Shown here one piece after another: positions 21,345 to 28,921 of a stretch of DNA of 64,000 nt (the stretch's first letter is position 1; each line of letters starts with the position of its first letter). Position numbers and translations under genes: made by a program. Source of the DNA: Haliotis asinina (Eukaryota); NCBI RefSeq assembly GCF_037392515.1, contig NC_090285.1, positions 70,653,515 through 70,717,514 of the forward strand. Direction: 5' to 3'. The notes beneath the pieces are model-generated. The model was not told the origin of the DNA. It did not search any database and saw only the letters and a program-made list of their open reading frames with translations.

Positions 21345-22502
21345 ATGGATGAAGACATAGATATGACGGAGATGCCGGGCGATAGTGCCCAGGCATTCGA
21401 TGAGCAGGAGACCTCATTTACTAGTTCACCATTGAACCAAGAACTCTTGGAAACAACGGTAAATGATTATTACGAAAGTTTAAGAAGAGATAAAAACTAC
21501 GTTGAACCACAGGGTCGATACCATAAGAATTTTTTTATTGATACAAAGGGTGTTCTACGCCTTAAGTCTGACCCAGGGGTTGACCTCTTTAACAAGAGCA
21601 ATAAAAAACCACTGGCCTTGTCAACTCTAGCCAGCCGCCATGGTGTCGAATTTATCCGTAAAAATCTAAACATGAATGATTACGGTGGTGCAATACCTAA
21701 GGCCGTTAAAGAAGATCTGCAAGCTACCAGATCCCACCTCACCACTAGAGATGAAATGACACCACAGCGTGCTACAGAAGCCTCGGACAGCATAGAAAAA
21801 CTGTTGAGCACCTACTGGGACAAACCGTTACCGGGGTTTGACTTTCCGGTAAGGGAACTGCGCGGCTTAGACGAAGCCGTGAAACGCGTGCGTGGAGAAC
21901 TCGTGAACAACATGGGGAAACTGAACGAAATCGACGAGCACATCGCTAGGGAAAAAACCAAACTCAACGAAACTGAAAACGATGATATGAAGCGTCGTAT
22001 CAATGAACGAATACGTGATTTAGAAGACGAGAGACGTACACGATTGGAAGCCGCTTCCTCGAATCGTGAACAGCTTCGATCCCAGATCAGTCGTATTCGG
22101 GAAACAATCGATAGAATACTGAATGAGGATACAACTTTAGCCAACAGGATTCGGATATTGTTCCGGGAGCAAGGGATCACCATCGCCAGTATTCTGACTG
22201 CATTGGGTTTCATCATATCAACCCTGGTGGTGTCACTGGTGGGAGGAACCCCCACACCTGCCGGCGGGGGAACTCCCACAGGCGGCGGGGTTAAAGACTG
22301 GATAAAAAAACTCGGGGAAGGCCTAGCTAAACTGGCTGGTAAAGCCGCCGAAGCCCTTCCCGGCATCCTGGGTAGCATCGTCTCGTGGTTGTTGGGCGCT
22401 CTGTCTAAAACTGCCATGTGGCTCAGTCAAAACCTGTGGGCAGCCATAGTCGCCGTGGTGGGTCTGGTGTACGTAGCGGCTAAGAAATCTTTAACCAAAT
22501 AA
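21345..22502 (+). CDS. Hypothetical 385-aa protein. Acidic N-terminus, long coiled coil, then a multi-pass hydrophobic C-terminus interrupted by a GGTPTPAGGGTPTGGG linker.
   Basis: Long ORF that starts at the first ATG after the AT-rich region. Heptad-like charged region (KLNEIDEHIAREKTKLNETENDDMKRRINERIRDLEDERRTRLEAASSNREQLRSQISRIRETIDRIL). Hydrophobic stretches (IASILTALGFIISTLVVSLVGG ... ILGSIVSWLLGAL ... LWAAIVAVVGLVYVAA). Confidence 0.45.
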   Translation: MDEDIDMTEMPGDSAQAFDEQETSFTSSPLNQELLETTVNDYYESLRRDKNYVEPQGRYHKNFFIDTKGVLRLKSDPGVDLFNKSNKKPLALSTLASRHGVEFIRKNLNMNDYGGAIPKAVKEDLQATRSHLTTRDEMTPQRATEASDSIEKLLSTYWDKPLPGFDFPVRELRGLDEAVKRVRGELVNNMGKLNEIDEHIAREKTKLNETENDDMKRRINERIRDLEDERRTRLEAASSNREQLRSQISRIRETIDRILNEDTTLANRIRILFREQGITIASILTALGFIISTLVVSLVGGTPTPAGGGTPTGGGVKDWIKKLGEGLAKLAGKAAEALPGILGSIVSWLLGALSKTAMWLSQNLWAAIVAVVGLVYVAAKKSLTK

Positions 22503-23691
22503 GTCCCAAAGTTACCCCACCAACCACCAGGGCTGTTTTATTATCGATGTGATTGGAGGCCTGAATATGGGGGTGTGTGGGGGGCACATGAACTTTAGGC
22601 TCCGGAGGTGGCGCCACTATACCCTTTTCACGTGGTGGGATGTGTGGGATATAGGGGGTGTTAATATCGGGGTTGATACCCAACTTTTGGTCCGCCGTGG
22701 CTATGACTATTTTGTTGTTATAACCCACCACTTTTTTTATTCTCAGTTGCATATCACTCGGAGCCATGTACAACCCCACGCCGAATACGTAATTGACTTT
22801 CGATCTGGCGTATTCTAACACGTTTTGGTAGCGTTCGATGGCCCGCGGGAGATCAACTGGAGAATTAATAGCATCCTCAACGTTGGCAACGAACTGTTTC
22901 TGAGCGTCGTAAGCAGTTCCCTTACCGATGATGTTGGAACGCGTTTGCGACTGCGCACCCAACAGCGCCCACACGTACGTTCGAATCGAGTCGTTCAAGC
23001 GTATTGTACCAGCACGAGTGAATCCTTTCGACGTGTCCAGCATGAACATTTTCCACCCGTCTGCGGTTGACTGCTCCACTTTCTGGACTGTGAAAGCAAC
23101 ACCACCTTTAAAGTTCATACGATCATCCCTCCATTCATTACTCGACAAAGCAAAGTCCTGGCGTAGTATATCTCGTTTCAGTAAATCATCACTGACTTCT
23201 TTCACTGATCGCGCGCCATCATAAGGAATACCCAACCCGTGGTTCGGCCCCGGCAAACGCCAATCCGTCTTCGGGTTTATTTCGAATTCATTGCAAATAC
23301 GTTCGTAGGCCCGTCTATCGTACGGGTTGTTTGTTGCGCCCCACGCTTTGTCCTGTGGGAGGGGGGCGCTGATCTCTTTAAGGATACGTCTGACCTGGTA
23401 GTACACGTGGAACTTGAACACAGACTGACTCAGCGGTCCACGCCGAGTGTCGGCCAATGTCACACCACACCCCGTTGTAGCGCACCACATGGCAAAGTTG
23501 AATTGATTCTGCCAGAACTGCATAGGGTTGTTGAACCAAGCGTGGACTGCCTTGATGTTAGTCACCGAAAGCTTATACTTATCGAACACATCCAAAAGCT
23601 GGGCATTGAAATACAACTCAGGAGCAACCACGATCTTCATGGGGGAGAAATCTACGTCCAGTTTAGGGTAAAACACACCAGGGGAATACAT
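22480..23691 (-). CDS. Hypothetical ~403-aa protein with a Pro-rich linker and a C-terminal TM anchor (TALVVGGVTLGLIWL). Alternative capsid candidate.
   Basis: Uninterrupted 1.25-kb ORF, whereas the opposite strand is fragmented. Convergent with the 385-aa gene (23-nt overlap). Confidence 0.4.
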   Translation of the reverse strand: MYSPGVFYPKLDVDFSPMKIVVAPELYFNAQLLDVFDKYKLSVTNIKAVHAWFNNPMQFWQNQFNFAMWCATTGCGVTLADTRRGPLSQSVFKFHVYYQVRRILKEISAPLPQDKAWGATNNPYDRRAYERICNEFEINPKTDWRLPGPNHGLGIPYDGARSVKEVSDDLLKRDILRQDFALSSNEWRDDRMNFKGGVAFTVQKVEQSTADGWKMFMLDTSKGFTRAGTIRLNDSIRTYVWALLGAQSQTRSNIIGKGTAYDAQKQFVANVEDAINSPVDLPRAIERYQNVLEYARSKVNYVFGVGLYMAPSDMQLRIKKVVGYNNKIVIATADQKLGINPDINTPYIPHIPPREKGIVAPPPEPKVHVPPTHPHIQASNHIDNKTALVVGGVTLGLIWLKIS

Positions 23692-23725
23692 TTTAAAACT
23701 ATTATATAATAAATATATATGTAAT
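23692..23725. promoter_or_regulatory. AT-rich divergent intergenic region with TATA-like elements between the 403-aa gene (-) and the 217-aa gene (+)
   Basis: ttttaaaactattatataataaatatatatgtaat lies between the two start codons. Confidence 0.4.
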
Positions 23726-24379
23726 ATGTACATAACACTTCCAGGAATAACGAGCGGTGAGGCCGTTCAGCTGACGCACGCGATCGATAACACGTCAGGT
23801 CAACTCGAAGTCGCACTCTGCGATATCACCTACCTACCGCAATGGACTAACATCAATATCAGCAACAATAAGCTGTTCGTCAGTGGAACTCGCAGCCAGA
23901 TAACTGACGGCTACTACAGTGTGTGCTCTCTAAACGACGAGGTCTTCAAACCCCTGGGAGCCGAACTCAAGATGAACGACTCAAACGGTACAGTGGTGTT
24001 AATCAACAACGGAAGAACCTCATTGAGGCTCGGCCGACCATTAGCGAGGATACTCGGTATGTCTCCTGACGAGATAAAACCAACAACAACCATCACAGGC
24101 ACGAAGTTACCCGACCTAGTACCGTACCGAGAGCTGTACATTCATCTCGGTCAGGTGAGCACAACGTATAACATTCAAGGAGGTCACCCTTCCACTATAC
24201 TGAGAGCAGTGCCGGTGAAAACTGAGAAATTCAACGACGGTAGAACCGAGTCGTTTTCACCACGGCAGTATAAGAGATTAACCCAGGGCAACATACCTGA
24301 GTTGACAATATCGGTGTTAGATATAAATCATAATCCTGTAAATATAGGATACCTCAGCTTAACGCTTCATGTAAAATGA
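23726..24379 (+). CDS. Hypothetical beta-rich 217-aa protein (possible minor capsid/penton-like protein)
   Basis: ORF with alternating hydrophobic beta-strand-like patterning. First of four tandem + strand ORFs with short (-4 to +10 nt) junctions. Confidence 0.35.
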   Translation: MYITLPGITSGEAVQLTHAIDNTSGQLEVALCDITYLPQWTNINISNNKLFVSGTRSQITDGYYSVCSLNDEVFKPLGAELKMNDSNGTVVLINNGRTSLRLGRPLARILGMSPDEIKPTTTITGTKLPDLVPYRELYIHLGQVSTTYNIQGGHPSTILRAVPVKTEKFNDGRTESFSPRQYKRLTQGNIPELTISVLDINHNPVNIGYLSLTLHVK

Positions 24380-25287
24380 CCAGCGCACAAGGGCCCGGAG
24401 TGAAAAAATGCGTCAATATCGGGATCTCCGACCTTGGAGACACGCGCGGTTTCGACGCTCCCGGAGTAGATGGTAAATCGTACGCCTTGCAACTGAAAAA
24501 CAACATTTACAAACGCGTTGAAATCCCCTCCGGTGGAACCCTAAGTGATATAGTAGATACCACAAGAGCAACAGTCAACACTAAGTACACCCTTGTCAAC
24601 ACCGGTGATAATAATTGGGTAATATACCCATCGTTCGGAGGTAAACTGTTCGACTTAGACGATGTTGAGAGCACTACCGTCGCCCGAAACAAGCCATATA
24701 TGCTCGTCTTCACCGAAGATGACAAGTGGGTGTTGTTACCCGATAACAACTGGTTTATCAATATTAGACTCGTCTCCCCCTACGTGTTCACTGATAACAA
24801 AGACAACCACCTAAACAAAGTCGTGAACAATGGAACCCTGCTCGTGGCTTACGTCCCAACTCAGAGACGTAGCATAGTCGTCAGCCCAGTCAACACTATA
24901 GCAGCCCACATGCTATCGAGTAAACCAGCCATACAAAACGTGAAATTGCAGTTGGTGTCTGAATTCGAAGGTGTGGTCACTATACTAGAGGATCTACCGG
25001 CAAACTCAACACTGATCATCAAAGTCTACCTAGGGGAACCATCGGGGAATGATGTCGAGATCGTGAAGGGGATCAAACTCGGGTGGGTGAAACGACACCA
25101 GTATCAAGTTTGCAACGTTTACGTGCGGGTGGGTGTCGACTCCAAGACCAGTCTGCAGGGGGTCAACGTGATCGTGGAAAACAAGATATCACTAATCAAT
25201 ATCTTCCTGCCTGACAACATACACTTCATGGGTATGAAGTTAACCCCTGAATTATTATCAGAAAACCAGTTGGAAATTATATCGTAA
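24376..25287 (+). CDS. Hypothetical 303-aa protein. Paralog of the next ORF; they share an N-terminal DLGDTxGFDxPG motif.
   Basis: MTS...DLGDTRGFDAPGVDGKSYALQLKNNIYKRVEI versus MTS...DLGDTEGFDQPGEEDELYILHFKDNVYRRVSL. C-terminal ...NQLEIIS versus ...RQLEIFS. Confidence 0.4.
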   Translation: MTSAQGPGVKKCVNIGISDLGDTRGFDAPGVDGKSYALQLKNNIYKRVEIPSGGTLSDIVDTTRATVNTKYTLVNTGDNNWVIYPSFGGKLFDLDDVESTTVARNKPYMLVFTEDDKWVLLPDNNWFINIRLVSPYVFTDNKDNHLNKVVNNGTLLVAYVPTQRRSIVVSPVNTIAAHMLSSKPAIQNVKLQLVSEFEGVVTILEDLPANSTLIIKVYLGEPSGNDVEIVKGIKLGWVKRHQYQVCNVYVRVGVDSKTSLQGVNVIVENKISLINIFLPDNIHFMGMKLTPELLSENQLEIIS

Positions 25288-25297
25288 TAGTATAATA

Positions 25298-26002
25298 ATG
25301 ACCAGTCATCATCCCAACACTACGCTTAACGACCTAGGAGATACGGAGGGATTCGATCAGCCTGGTGAGGAAGATGAATTATACATCCTGCACTTCAAAG
25401 ACAACGTGTACAGACGGGTGTCGTTATCAGATTTAAAAGAACCCAAATGGCTGATCAACTTAACAATCGCCTCACCTTATATCACAACAAAAGAGGGGTG
25501 GAAGTTTATCTCTAAGATTAGGAATAACGGTATCTGGCCCGGGGATTTCATTACGGGGAATGAAGCAACAGCCTCGGTATATTTTTATGAAGGAAAAATT
25601 GGATTAATTTCTGGAATAGAAAGTAAATTAACATTTAGCAGTATGTATTTACACGAAAGGCAGCTTGAGATATTCTCCCCCTACACAATCATCATAGAAG
25701 TCATCTTTACGTATTTTGACCAGGAAAACTCCTCGAAAGGACGTCAATTTTTACCCGGGGTGGTATTACACTGGTTTACCGAACACTTAGATCAATATTG
25801 CCGTATTGTTATACAACGGGATACCCCCACGGGTTCTATAAAACGTTTAATAAGCCTCCCTGGGGTTTTTATTACAACAGAAAAGTCTATTAGCCTCTCA
25901 CCAATTATCATTAGTTATGATCTATTCCTTATAGGCTTCAAATACATTGATAGACTATTAACTGAAACCCAATTAAAATATTTTTCAAAATATATATTAT
26001 AG
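25298..26002 (+). CDS. Hypothetical 234-aa protein, paralog of the 24376..25287 ORF
   Basis: See the paralog comparison above. Confidence 0.4.
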   Translation: MTSHHPNTTLNDLGDTEGFDQPGEEDELYILHFKDNVYRRVSLSDLKEPKWLINLTIASPYITTKEGWKFISKIRNNGIWPGDFITGNEATASVYFYEGKIGLISGIESKLTFSSMYLHERQLEIFSPYTIIIEVIFTYFDQENSSKGRQFLPGVVLHWFTEHLDQYCRIVIQRDTPTGSIKRLISLPGVFITTEKSISLSPIIISYDLFLIGFKYIDRLLTETQLKYFSKYIL

Positions 26003-26003
26003 G

Positions 26004-26621
26004 ATGGGTCTGTACCCAGTCGTAGAGGAAGTAGCGAAGACGCTGGAAACCGTAGATGGGTTCCGCTTGAGGCAGTTATGTGATGTGAAACGTCAACTAG
26101 AACAAGACCGTGACACGCGGAAAGCACTATGTAAAAAGTACAATAGAGCTTTCAATATCGTGGACGGGGTTGACACTACCCTTATGGCAACCAGCATGGG
26201 ACTAGGGGCGGCAGGTGTTGGATTGTTAGCTACCATCGTGGCTGCACCTATAGTGCTAGGTATTGAAATAACGGCTGGGGTGACAGGGTTGGTAGGGTTG
26301 GCGCTTAAGTTAGTATCACGCAGACTTAATCGTAAGGCATTGAAACACGACGAGATCAGGGTTCTGGCCGAAGCAAAGCTGAACACAGTGAGTGAGCGAA
26401 TTTCCACGGCACTCTCTGACAGTAAGATCTCAGAAGAGGAGTTTCGTTCAATCCTATCTGAACTCAAAAAATATAACGGAATGAAACAAGATATTCGGTC
26501 CAAGTCTCGTAAGTCTGCTATCAGCGAGGACGAGAAAAAAAAGTACATAGAACAGGGGATACAAAAAGCCCAGCAAGCCTTTATTATGAACACCAAAGAG
26601 ATCGTAGGCGGTTCACGTTAA
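26004..26621 (+). CDS. Hypothetical 205-aa membrane protein with a coiled coil. Ends ...EIVGGSR.
   Basis: ORF. Hydrophobic core (LMATSMGLGAAGVGLLATIVAAPIVLGIEITAGVTGLVGLAL) followed by a charged helical region. Confidence 0.4.
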   Translation: MGLYPVVEEVAKTLETVDGFRLRQLCDVKRQLEQDRDTRKALCKKYNRAFNIVDGVDTTLMATSMGLGAAGVGLLATIVAAPIVLGIEITAGVTGLVGLALKLVSRRLNRKALKHDEIRVLAEAKLNTVSERISTALSDSKISEEEFRSILSELKKYNGMKQDIRSKSRKSAISEDEKKKYIEQGIQKAQQAFIMNTKEIVGGSR

Positions 26622-26672
26622 ACTGTTTCATCGATATAAACATGACACAGGCACAGACGTTAAGTAGTAGGG

Positions 26673-26976
26673 GCCACCGATCCTATATGGTCAGTCAAAA
26701 CTTACAACATAGATAAAGTGGATATGAAAGCCGACGAACCTAACTTATACTACTTGAGGGATGGGCCGGGTAGGGGATTTGTAAGAGAAGAATTATTGAT
26801 CGTACCGTACGGCACAGTGTTACCTCCTACCAAGGCACAGTAATTACCGCCAACTTTTTTGTAGTAGGGGTAATAGTAGCAAGAGCTAATGACCCAACCA
26901 AAGCCTTATTTAGTAAATAAGGCTTTGTAGAGACATTTCTTGAAAGTGAGCCAGAACTATCATTCCCTATACTACT
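26673..26976. repeat. Right TIR of the Polinton-like element. It carries an orphan copy (no start codon) of the last 57 integrase codons plus the stop.
   Basis: Reverse-complement identity with 12685..12988. My + strand translation of 26673.. gives ATDPIWSVKTYNIDKVDMKADEPNLYYLRDGPGRGFVREELLIVPYGTVLPPTKAQ*. Confidence 0.9.
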
Positions 26977-27062
26977 GTGTTCCACAAGGACTACTGTAGC
27001 TCACCTTCATAATTATGTGTATAGGTACAGTTATAACATGGGAGACTTTTGATGGTGTTTTT
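26977..27062. repeat. Host ~77-bp satellite monomer immediately right of the element. It completes the monomer interrupted at 12684.
   Basis: gtgttccacaaggactactgtagctcaccttcataattatgtgtataggtacagttataacatgggagacttttgatggtg matches the satellite consensus. Confidence 0.8.
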
Positions 27063-28306
27063 GTTACATAAGGCAGGGGTGGAAAAGTCCCATTGCCCGA
27101 TGTACCAGTCTAGTCCTTTTTTCTGTTGGGCAAGCTAATTTGTTTATCACACTGTACCGGTGTTCAGTTGACTTTCCATTGTTAATTATGTTGTTTATTT
27201 TAATGATCAACAAGACAATTGGCTGGTATAATGGAAAAATTATCAGGGCAAGTGATTTTACAAGTGCCAGTGTACCGGGGTGCATTAGCAAATTCAAGAA
27301 TTATTTCCATCCCAGTACGGGCTTCGGTAACTCACCTTCACAACTGTGTGTATATATGAGGACTGTCCCCAAAGTGTTTGACCTCACCTGGACAGTTATG
27401 AAAATGGGACTGTTTTTATGTTTTATTTTTCTACATATCATCTGTGAAGCTCAAGCAAATTGTTTTTACCATGTCCCAGCCTCATGTTCCCCGTTTTGTT
27501 TCACTTTTTATCTTGGTACCCCCAGAAAACGCAAAATTAGCAATAAATTTATTATGAACTTCAGGAAACCAAACATGAAAGAAACATTTTGTGTGTTAGA
27601 GATAAGCAGAGGTCCCCTATAATTAAACGTAGCTATTAAAGTGCATAAAAATGCAATATGAAACTACAGTCACTTGTTAAAGTGACTCCGCACCGTGATG
27701 TTTACAGACAGAGCTTTTGGAAACACTACACACCCCCACTTTCAGATGACGTTAACAAAGGGGCATAACTAATTCTAATGTTTTCACTTATTCATGCATG
27801 ATGCCAAGGGTTCAAACAAAATACTGAATGGTCACACAGGAGTCAGCTCCTAATATGTTGTAAACACTGCCGACTTGAATTATCTGAACAAAATAATTTT
27901 GAAAGATTAAAATGGGTGTGTCCTTTAAAAACAACATCATCTAACTATAAATCAAGCGATCGAAAATTTTGAATGGTGATTATGACGTGAAGTCATCCAT
28001 ACCATACTGAACATATTTTATGTCATATTCTTTCTGAGCTCATGCCATCATTCAACTTGAATTTCAAGAGGTACCAAATGACTGATTGTTTTTCACATTC
28101 TGCAATGTTTAAAGAAATATTACACCCCAATGTGTTGAGATGACAAATATCTTGTGAACCACATAAACCACATTTATGAAATTCTGCATATACCTTTGCT
28201 AATGATTCTTTCAAAACTAAATAGAGCTTTTCTAGCATTGGACTTCGAGAATATAGTGAGGATGACCACTTTTTGGATACCCCTCTTAGGTAAGGTTGGA
28301 AAAGAC

Positions 28307-28921
28307 AGTTTGATGGTATCTGTGTTACACAAGGGCTACAGTAGCTCACCTTCACAACTGTGTGTATAAGTATAGTTATAACTTGGGAGAGTTTTGATGG
28401 TATCTGTGTTACACAAAGGCTGCAGTAGCTCACCTTCATAACTCTGTATACGTACAGTTATAACATGGGAGAGTTTGATCGTATCTGTGTTACACAAGGG
28501 CTGCAGTAGCTCACCTTCACAACTGTGTGTAAAGGTATAGTTATAGCATGGGAGAGTTTGATGGTATCTGTGTTACACAAGGGCTACAGTAGCTCACCTT
28601 CACAACTGTGTGTATACGTACAGTTATAACATGGGAGAGTTTGATGGTATCTGTGTTACACAAAGGCTGCAGTAGCTCACCTTCACAACTGTGTGTATAG
28701 GTACAGTTATAACAGGGGAGAGTTTTGATGGTATCTATGTTACACAAAGGCTGCAGTAGCTCACCTTCACAACTGTGTGTATACGTACAGTTATAACATG
28801 GGAGAGTTTGATCGTGTCTGTGTTACACAAGGGCTGCAGTAGCTCACCTTCACAACTGTGTGTATAGGTACAGTTATAACAGGGGAGAGTTTTGATCAGG
28901 ATACAGGAAAACTGTAGCTCT
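28307..28921. repeat. Tandem array (~8 monomers) of the same ~77-bp satellite
   Basis: Directly visible periodicity. The ORFs called here (28023..28439, 28541..28747) are repeat translations. Confidence 0.9.

Larger units (their letters stand above)
12685..26976. mobile_element. Complete Polinton/Maverick-like (polintovirus/adintovirus-like) element, 14,292 bp, with 304-bp perfect TIRs (5'-AGTAGTATAGGG...CCCTATACTACT-3'). Flanked by GTGTT (5-6 bp) target-site duplication.
   Basis: Contains pPolB, an rve integrase and an A32-like ATPase. The TIRs were verified base-by-base by reverse-complementing 26673..26976 against 12685..12988. The flanks reconstitute a single satellite monomer (left ...atggtatctgtgtt | right gtgttccacaaggactactgtagctcacc). 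Confidence 0.85.

Noticed and set aside
21812-22417. Minus-strand ORF 21812..22417 (201 aa, Pro/Ser/Arg-rich)
   Set aside because: Antisense to the longer 385-aa + ORF. Its low-complexity composition is typical of antisense reading of a coiled-coil/GC-rich region.
22549-23709. + strand ORFs 22549..22818, 22825..23070, 22928..23224, 23239..23709
   Set aside because: Antisense to the continuous 1.25-kb minus-strand ORF 22480..23691. They are broken into four pieces, so the minus strand is taken as coding.
27064-27622. ORFs 27064..27297(-) and 27140..27622(+) just right of the element
   Set aside because: They lie outside the TIR in low-complexity host DNA between satellite monomers, with no recognisable motifs. 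Probably non-coding.
28023-28747. ORFs 28023..28439(-), 28154..28369(+), 28541..28747(-)
   Set aside because: They lie entirely within the 77-bp satellite array. The repeated peptide units (VVKVSYCSPCVTQIPSN...) are translation artefacts of the tandem repeat.
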